Shown: positions 57,864 to 64,000 of the stretch, one piece after another | Numbering within the stretch: the stretch's first letter is position 1 | Layout of the letters: the number at the start of each line of letters is the position of its first letter | DNA from: Ignavibacteria bacterium | Lineage (GTDB): Bacteria; Bacteroidota; Ignavibacteria; Tepidaquicellales; OLB5 | NCBI GenBank assembly: GCA_030835025.1 | Contig: JAUQWS010000024.1 | Coordinates: forward strand, 7,230-71,229 | Length of the DNA: 64,000 bases | Direction of reading: 5' to 3' | Notes under the pieces: generated by a model | Seen by the model: the letters and a program-made list of their open reading frames with translations, nothing else | Database searches by the model: none | Told to the model about the DNA's origin: nothing | Made by a program: the position numbers and the translations under genes

Positions 57864-59770
57864 AGTTCTATTTGCGAGCCTACTTCAAAAACCCTGTCAT
57901 TTGGAATATCAAAGAATTCTGTAGCTTTTTGAGAGTTTCTTGAAAGGAATACAAACAGTTTCTTCCTGAACCGGAGCAAGCCCTGCTTATCTTTCACTAC
58001 AATGATCTCTCTTCCGAGGAAGAATGTTGTTTTCTCCAGATTTATGTTAAGACCCTTATCTTTAAGTATATCAATTACCTGCCTGATGTTGGCATTATCC
58101 ATGAATCCATACGAAGCAACAACCCTGTAAAATCCGTCTGTAGGATTCTGAATTTCAATAGTCTCCTCGGTATTAACCCTGGGCACTTTTCTGAAAATGA
58201 TACTGAGCACTATTATCTGCTTATGCAAAACACGGTTATGCTTCATGTTTTTAACAAGGGCAGGCGGTGTACCCTTTGGATTGCTCGACATATAAATAGC
58301 TGTTCCCGGAGTTGCAACTATCCTTATGCTCATGACTTCATCAATGAACTTTTCGATCGGCTGAGTTTCCTCTTCCAGCTTTATGAGAAGCCTTTTTCTC
58401 CCCCAGTTCCAGGTAGTCATTATCAGATAAATTGTTACACCAATTACGAGCGGAACCCACCCTCCCTGCCAGAGCTTCAGCATATTTGCACCAAAGAATG
58501 CAATATCTACCGTAAGGAAAAACAGTGAAATAATGACGGCTATGACTATGGACCACTTCCACAGGTTCTTCATGGCAACAAAAGCCAGTATGGTGGTTAT
58601 GACCATTGTAGAAGTTACAGCTATACCATAAGCGGCTGCCAGATTGCTTGAAGTTCTGAAGCTTAACACCAGCCATATAGTTCCCACAAAAAGCAGCCAG
58701 TTGAGCTGAGGAATATATATCTGACCCCTTTCCTCCTGTGAAGTATGTATGATCCTCACCCTCGGTAAGTAACCAAGCTGCTGTGCTTGCTGCGTAATGG
58801 AAAATGCACCGGAGATCAACGCTTGTGAAGCGATAACAGTTGCCATAGTCGCAATTACTACTAATGGATAAAGTGCCCAATCGGGGGCGAGATAATAAAA
58901 AGGATTGACAGCAGCATTCGGATCCTGAAGCAGTATTGCACCCTGACCGAAATAGTTTAGTAATAAGCATGGCAACACCAAAAAGAACCAGGCATATCGA
59001 ATCGGTTTTGGACCAAAATGTCCCATATCAGCGTATAATGCTTCTCCTCCCGTGACCACAAGAAACACTGATCCAAGTATTACAAATCCATGAAAATCAT
59101 TTGTTATGAAAAAATGGTAAGCAAAAAGGGGATTTACAGCATTAATAACTTCGGGATTCACTATAATTGCCCTTACTCCCAATGCTGCAATTGATAAAAA
59201 CCATATTATCATTACCGGGCCGAACACTGAACCTACTTTTCCTGTACCCCTTTTCTGGAAATAAAACAAAAGGAAAAGTACAATGATTGTTATCGGGATA
59301 ACATAGTGTTCAAAAAAGGGAGTTGCGATCTGCAGTCCCTCAACTGCACTTAGAACTGAAATTGCGGGAGTAATGATCCCATCGCCGTACAATAATGCCG
59401 CTCCAAACAAACCGGCACTTATTATTATCATGAATCCGAGTCCCTGCTTCTTTGGACGAACAAGTTCCATCAGGGCAAGTATTCCGCCTTCACCATCATT
59501 ATTTGCCCTCATCACAATGATCAAGTACTTTATTGATATTACAATTATCAAAGCCCAGAATACGAGTGAAAGTACGCCAAGTACATTATCGTGTGTAGGA
59601 GGCACGCCATGGGCGGGAGAAAAACATTCCTTAAGGGCGTACAAAGGACTGGTGCCGATATCACCGTAAACTACTCCAAGTGCACCAAGTGACAAGTAAA
59701 GAAGATATTTTAACTTATGCCTGTTATCCGCAGGATCAGAATGTGAGCTATGTATATTCTCGTTACTTAT
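57860..59770 (-). CDS. kup: KUP/HAK/KT potassium transporter
   Basis: GVVYGDIGTSPLY, NDGEGG, YGDGIITPAISVLSAVEG and GGEALYADMGHFG. The frame stays open upstream of the TTG at 59695 to an ATA at 59770; the start is uncertain. Confidence 0.95.
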   Translation of the reverse strand: MSNENIHSSHSDPADNRHKLKYLLYLSLGALGVVYGDIGTSPLYALKECFSPAHGVPPTHDNVLGVLSLVFWALIIVISIKYLIIVMRANNDGEGGILALMELVRPKKQGLGFMIIISAGLFGAALLYGDGIITPAISVLSAVEGLQIATPFFEHYVIPITIIVLFLLFYFQKRGTGKVGSVFGPVMIIWFLSIAALGVRAIIVNPEVINAVNPLFAYHFFITNDFHGFVILGSVFLVVTGGEALYADMGHFGPKPIRYAWFFLVLPCLLLNYFGQGAILLQDPNAAVNPFYYLAPDWALYPLVVIATMATVIASQALISGAFSITQQAQQLGYLPRVRIIHTSQEERGQIYIPQLNWLLFVGTIWLVLSFRTSSNLAAAYGIAVTSTMVITTILAFVAMKNLWKWSIVIAVIISLFFLTVDIAFFGANMLKLWQGGWVPLVIGVTIYLIMTTWNWGRKRLLIKLEEETQPIEKFIDEVMSIRIVATPGTAIYMSSNPKGTPPALVKNMKHNRVLHKQIIVLSIIFRKVPRVNTEETIEIQNPTDGFYRVVASYGFMDNANIRQVIDILKDKGLNINLEKTTFFLGREIIVVKDKQGLLRFRKKLFVFLSRNSQKATEFFDIPNDRVFEVGSQIEL

Positions 59771-60077
59771 ATCTTACACTGTTTAGTTATGACTTCCAAA
59801 CCAAAACAAAAACTCAATTACAAATTTAGTGAATTCAAAACTCTAATAAAATGGATATTTAGCCTGGTTACTATGGTTAATTATACAGTTGTGCCGTTAA
59901 TTTCATTTCAGGTTTCTGAGTACCTAAAGCAGTTTTCCGATTATATGATTGTCTTGACAGCACAAGACTAAACTAGCTTCCAAGCAGACGTATCTCAACA
60001 ATGTTAATCCAAAAGTTTATGATTTGGCAAAAAAAAGCACTTTCAATTGAAATTGTTAGAAATTATATTACATCGTT

Positions 60078-60380
60078 ATGAACAGAATATTATTTCAAAT
60101 CAGCTACGACATACACCCTGAGAAAAGGGAAGAGTATCTTACTGATATTAAGGAACTTGAAAGCTACATGAAGTCCAACACAAGCCATAACTATATGGTT
60201 GTAGAAGATAAAAACAGGAAAAATTTCTTTACGGAAGTTTATGTTTTAAAAGACGAAGCAGAATTTGAAGGGCTGGAAGATGAGATGGATGACAAGATAT
60301 ACGGGTTGACTACAAAGATCCTTAGCAGCTACGTTGTTGACGGCAAAACGAAATATTCTACTTCATACGAAATTAATTAA
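60078..60380 (+). CDS. Hypothetical small protein (possible ferredoxin-like/dimeric alpha+beta barrel fold)
   Basis: Clean ATG ORF in an intergenic gap; alternating beta/alpha pattern. Confidence 0.7.
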   Translation: MNRILFQISYDIHPEKREEYLTDIKELESYMKSNTSHNYMVVEDKNRKNFFTEVYVLKDEAEFEGLEDEMDDKIYGLTTKILSSYVVDGKTKYSTSYEIN

Positions 60381-60503
60381 GAATTCTATTCTTTATCCTC
60401 TTAATCAGGTGTATTGTTGATGATTCGCCTGTACCTTTATATCTGCACAAATAGAAACATATTTTATTGCTAATTTAGTAATTATTACTAAAAATGAACT
60501 CAT

Positions 60504-62732
60504 TTGCCTAAGCTGAGTAAAAGCAATTTCGATTTTTCAAGCAGCAAACTGATACGGTTTCTTATTGGGTTAGTTACCGTTATTATTGTCACTTCAATGT
60601 TCCCCAAGTACGAAACCATTGAAACTGATTATACCGTCGGAATGGTTTGGAGCAAAGAAGACCTCATAGCACCTTTCAGTTTCCCTATTTACAAAAGCCA
60701 GAATGTTTACCAGAAGGAAGTTGATGAAGCCAGAAGCAGGGTTTACCCTCTCTTTGAACTGAATGCCGGCAAGCATTCAGAATTAAACTGGCTCGATTCA
60801 CTTAATGGTTTGTTTATAAAGATACAGAAGATACTGGACTATGAAAAGGAGTTCGAAAAGGAAAAATCCCTCCCCGAAGAAAAACGCACTACAGATGAAA
60901 AGACATTAAGCAGGCTTAAGTCTGAGCTGGGCTTTACGCTCACAGAGGCCGAATGGAACAGTATTAAATCTTCCGCTGGCTCCCAGCAGGAGCTTGATGC
61001 TTTGAAGAAGAAGATCATCCAGTCTCTTAATCAGATTTATGACAGGAAATTGATCGATATAACTAAATCAACCATTACATCACAGAAAATTGCTTTTATC
61101 AAGAACAAGGTTGAAGAAACCATTGACCTGCAGGATGTCAGAGATCCGGATGATGCAGAAAGGCTCCTGAAAGCTGATTATGACAGTTATTTCAAGGATC
61201 TTGAGCTTTCTGCTGTTGCACTAAAGTTGTCAAAGAGATTCATATACCCCGATTATGTATACAACCGGGCGGAAACAGAAAAGATACTGAATTCAGTCAC
61301 TGAGGCAGTTCCGAAAACATTTGGGCTTGTGAGAGAAAATGAAAGAATTGTCAGCAAACATGAGCCCATAAATGAAGTTACTAAGCTTAAGCTGGAATCC
61401 TATAAGCGTGTCAGAAACGAGCAGATGGGGACAAGCGACTTCTACATGCAGCAGACAGGGCGTTTTCTCTTTGTCGGAGTAATGATATTTCTGATCGCAA
61501 TCTTCCTTTTTAAAATGCGTACAGGTATTTTTGAGGATAATATGAAGCTCATCCTTATTTCTACAATTGTGCTTCTTCAGTGCCTGTTTTCATATCTAAG
61601 CCTTCAGCTGAAGATAAATTATCCGATTGAATACATAATCTTTGTACCCGTTGCTGCAATGCTGCTCACAATAGTTTTTGACTCAAGGGTTGCAGTTTAT
61701 GTTGTAATAGTCATTTGCATACTTGTCTCTGCGGTCAGGGGCGGTGATTACGATATTTTCATACCGAATTTTTGTGCATCTATACTGGTTGTTTATTCGG
61801 TACGGGATATTAAGAACCGTTCTCAGATCTTCACTTCGATGATATACATTCTGGCAGGATATTTCATTGGCATTATTGCCATAGGGCTGGAAAGATATGA
61901 TGATTTTAATGTGATCAGAAGCCAGTTGGTTGCTGCCGGCCTTAATGCTCTGCTTTCACCTATACTTGCATATGGCTTGCTGATATTCTATGAAAGGGTT
62001 TTCAGGGTAGCTACGGACCTTGTATTCCTTGAGCTAAGCGACTTCAACCATCCGCTGTTAAGGGACCTATCCTCCAGAGCTCCGGGCACATTTCATCATT
62101 CCATTTTGATGGGAAACCTTTCAGAGCATGCTGCAAAGGAGATCGGGGCAAACCAGATCCTTGCCAGAGTAGGGTGTTATTACCACGATATCGGAAAGAT
62201 ACATAATCCCGATTATTTTGTTGAAAACCAAATGGATTCGAACAAGCACGATGACCTTAATCCTTCACTAAGCGCAAAGATGATAATCTCTCATGTGAGA
62301 AACGGAATAAAACTTGCGGAAAAATTCCGGCTGCCAAAGGAGATCATCAATTTCATTCCTATGCATCACGGAACGAACCTGGTCTCTTATTTCTATGAAA
62401 AAGCAAGAACTGATGAAGGAGAAATTGATACGACCCATGAATACATATACCGTTACCCGGGTCCGAAACCTCAGACCCGTGAAACCGGCATTGTAATGCT
62501 TGCAGATTCTGTGGAAGCAGCAACAAGATCAATAGAAGAACCCACTCCCGCTAAGCTTGAGACCCAGATCAGCGAAATAATAAGGGCACGGTTCCTTGAT
62601 GGCGAGCTGGACGAATGCGACCTCACATTAAAAGACCTTATAAAGATCAAGCAGAGCTTCCTGAAGACCTTGGTGGGTATCCATCATCACAGGATAAGAT
62701 ATCCTGAGACTGAAGATGACAAAGAAGATTAA
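60504..62732 (+). CDS. 7TM-HDIG phosphohydrolase (PgpH-like c-di-AMP phosphodiesterase family)
   Basis: Extracellular domain, multiple TM helices, APGTFHHS, YYHDIGK, HHGT, YRYPGPKP and MLADSVEAA. Confidence 0.9.
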   Translation: MPKLSKSNFDFSSSKLIRFLIGLVTVIIVTSMFPKYETIETDYTVGMVWSKEDLIAPFSFPIYKSQNVYQKEVDEARSRVYPLFELNAGKHSELNWLDSLNGLFIKIQKILDYEKEFEKEKSLPEEKRTTDEKTLSRLKSELGFTLTEAEWNSIKSSAGSQQELDALKKKIIQSLNQIYDRKLIDITKSTITSQKIAFIKNKVEETIDLQDVRDPDDAERLLKADYDSYFKDLELSAVALKLSKRFIYPDYVYNRAETEKILNSVTEAVPKTFGLVRENERIVSKHEPINEVTKLKLESYKRVRNEQMGTSDFYMQQTGRFLFVGVMIFLIAIFLFKMRTGIFEDNMKLILISTIVLLQCLFSYLSLQLKINYPIEYIIFVPVAAMLLTIVFDSRVAVYVVIVICILVSAVRGGDYDIFIPNFCASILVVYSVRDIKNRSQIFTSMIYILAGYFIGIIAIGLERYDDFNVIRSQLVAAGLNALLSPILAYGLLIFYERVFRVATDLVFLELSDFNHPLLRDLSSRAPGTFHHSILMGNLSEHAAKEIGANQILARVGCYYHDIGKIHNPDYFVENQMDSNKHDDLNPSLSAKMIISHVRNGIKLAEKFRLPKEIINFIPMHHGTNLVSYFYEKARTDEGEIDTTHEYIYRYPGPKPQTRETGIVMLADSVEAATRSIEEPTPAKLETQISEIIRARFLDGELDECDLTLKDLIKIKQSFLKTLVGIHHHRIRYPETEDDKED

Positions 62733-63654
62733 AAACCGGGATTCCGCAGCTTCTTCGGAAGCTATGGAAAAGTCCATCAGGGCATTCCTCCTTTTTCTTG
62801 AGCTTGAAAAATCCCTTTCGGAAAATACCATTAGATCTTATACATTTGACCTTGCTAAATTCAGTAATTACCTGATAGATCTGAATATCGATTCATTCGA
62901 GAATGTTAAAGAGAGCCATATCGAGTCATACATTGCAGCTTTGAAAAAGGAATTCTCAGCTTCAAGCATGGCAAGGATGCTCTCTTCGCTCCGCCAGTTC
63001 TTTGATCATTTGCTTAATTCCGGCAAAACGACTTTGAAGACCAATCCGCTTGAGTATTTTGACTCTCCAAAGCTAGGCAGGAAACTACCCGTTGTATTAA
63101 CCGTAGCAGAGATCGATAGAATTCTCGCTCAGCCCGATGTAAACAGTACTTTGGGTTTAAGGGATAAAACAATTCTGGAGACGATGTACGCCTGCGGATT
63201 GAGGGTAAGTGAAGTCATAGATTTGAAATGTTCTAATGTTCTTGTCTCTGAAGAAGTGCTTAGAGTTTTTGGAAAAGGTTCCAAAGAAAGAATTGTACCT
63301 ATCGCAAGGTCTTCACTTGAATGGATAAATATATATCTCAGTAAATCGAGGATCAATCTTGCAAAATCTCATTCAGAGGATCATCTGTTTCTTAACTGGC
63401 GGGGAAGAAGACTTTCCAGAATGGCAGTCTGGGATATTATCAACAAATACAGCAGGGCAGCAAAGATTGAAAAGCAGATACACCCGCATATATTCCGGCA
63501 TTCCTTCGCCACACATTTGCTCGAAGGCGGTGCAGACCTGCGCTCAATACAGGAAATGCTGGGCCACGCTGATATCAGCACTACTCAAATATACACCCAC
63601 GTTGATATTACTTACCTGAAGGAAGTCCATAAGCAATTCCATCCAAGGGGCTGA
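62716..63654 (+). CDS. xerD: Site-specific tyrosine recombinase XerD
   Basis: SENTIRSY, KLPVVL, YACGLRVSE, GKGSKER, HPHIFRHSFATHLLEGGADLR and LGHADISTTQIYTH. Confidence 0.93.
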   Translation: MTKKIKNRDSAASSEAMEKSIRAFLLFLELEKSLSENTIRSYTFDLAKFSNYLIDLNIDSFENVKESHIESYIAALKKEFSASSMARMLSSLRQFFDHLLNSGKTTLKTNPLEYFDSPKLGRKLPVVLTVAEIDRILAQPDVNSTLGLRDKTILETMYACGLRVSEVIDLKCSNVLVSEEVLRVFGKGSKERIVPIARSSLEWINIYLSKSRINLAKSHSEDHLFLNWRGRRLSRMAVWDIINKYSRAAKIEKQIHPHIFRHSFATHLLEGGADLRSIQEMLGHADISTTQIYTHVDITYLKEVHKQFHPRG

Positions 63655-63659
63655 GCTGC

Positions 63660-64000
63660 TTATTTCGCAGTAAGTACTTCGTCTTTTATCTTGTAAAGAT
63701 AATCAAGGGCAGCTTCGTATTCGTTTGGAATAATACCGTCAAGAATTGCTTCTTCAATTCGTGTCTTAATAATACCTACTTTTCTTGATGGTTCAAGCCC
63801 GCAGATCTTCATTATTTCTTCGCCTCTGACAGGTGACTGGAAATTCCTGATCTTATCCCGCTCTTCAACTTCTTCGACTTTCCTTTCGACACTGTTAAAA
63901 TTCTCAAGGTATTTCTTCACTTTTCCGGGGTCCTTGGATGTAATATCCGCCCTGCAGAGTGTAAACAGGTCATTTATATCGTCTCCGGCATCAAAAATGA
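63660..64000 (-). CDS. CCA tRNA nucleotidyltransferase/HD-domain protein, 3' end (begins beyond the window)
   Basis: Frame is open to the window edge: DAGDDINDLFTLCRADITSK...FQSPVRGEEIM...AILDGIIPNEYEAA, typical of the FCB CCA-enzyme C-terminus. Confidence 0.85.
   Translation of the reverse strand, partial: IFDAGDDINDLFTLCRADITSKDPGKVKKYLENFNSVERKVEEVEERDKIRNFQSPVRGEEIMKICGLEPSRKVGIIKTRIEEAILDGIIPNEYEAALDYLYKIKDEVLTAK

Noticed and set aside
58341-58970. 209-aa alternative-frame ORF within kup
   Set aside because: Fully nested in a conserved gene with no recognisable motif; treated as a shadow ORF, like 9151-9732 and the other antisense ORFs in the track.
59777-60077. c-di-AMP (ydaO) riboswitch upstream of kup, and the 73-aa ORF 59750-59971
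   Set aside because: The region is AT-rich with no ydaO consensus; the ORF overlaps the likely kup start antisense and has no recognisable features.
62716-63654. Phage or ICE integrase marking a mobile element
   Set aside because: The sequence is a typical chromosomal XerD among housekeeping genes; no att site, tRNA or cargo nearby.

Overview
A ~64 kb chromosomal window from an FCB-superphylum bacterium. Gene content (YPNPFNP-type T9SS C-terminal domains, a PorV-like gene, a GWxTD protein, many TTG/GTG starts, mostly weak Shine-Dalgarno signals) suggests Ignavibacteria; this is inference. It opens with the truncated end of an RHS gene and housekeeping genes (rhodanese, prs, phosphoesterase, IMPase, kdsC). 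A dcw cluster from mraZ to ftsZ follows (no ddl), with two non-canonical inserted genes and a downstream long structured RNA candidate. Next come WD40, Ig-like, GT4, purD, epimerase, meaB, acyl-CoA dehydrogenase and mlaE genes. The most interesting part is a ~17.7 kb same-strand cell-surface locus (35.1-52.8 kb): an S8 protease, three paralogous Asp-box beta-propeller T9SS cargo proteins, a TonB-dependent receptor with no SusD, a 1111-aa secreted protein with an atypical VVPNPY C-terminal domain, its own PorV-like barrel and a GWxTD protein. The window ends with cdaR-like, CPBP, pdxJ, cobB, lptB, PIG-L, zincin, kup, pgpH-like, xerD and the 3' end of a CCA-adding enzyme gene. No rRNA, tRNA, CRISPR array or transposase was recognised. 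All calls come from motif recognition by eye; no database searches were run.
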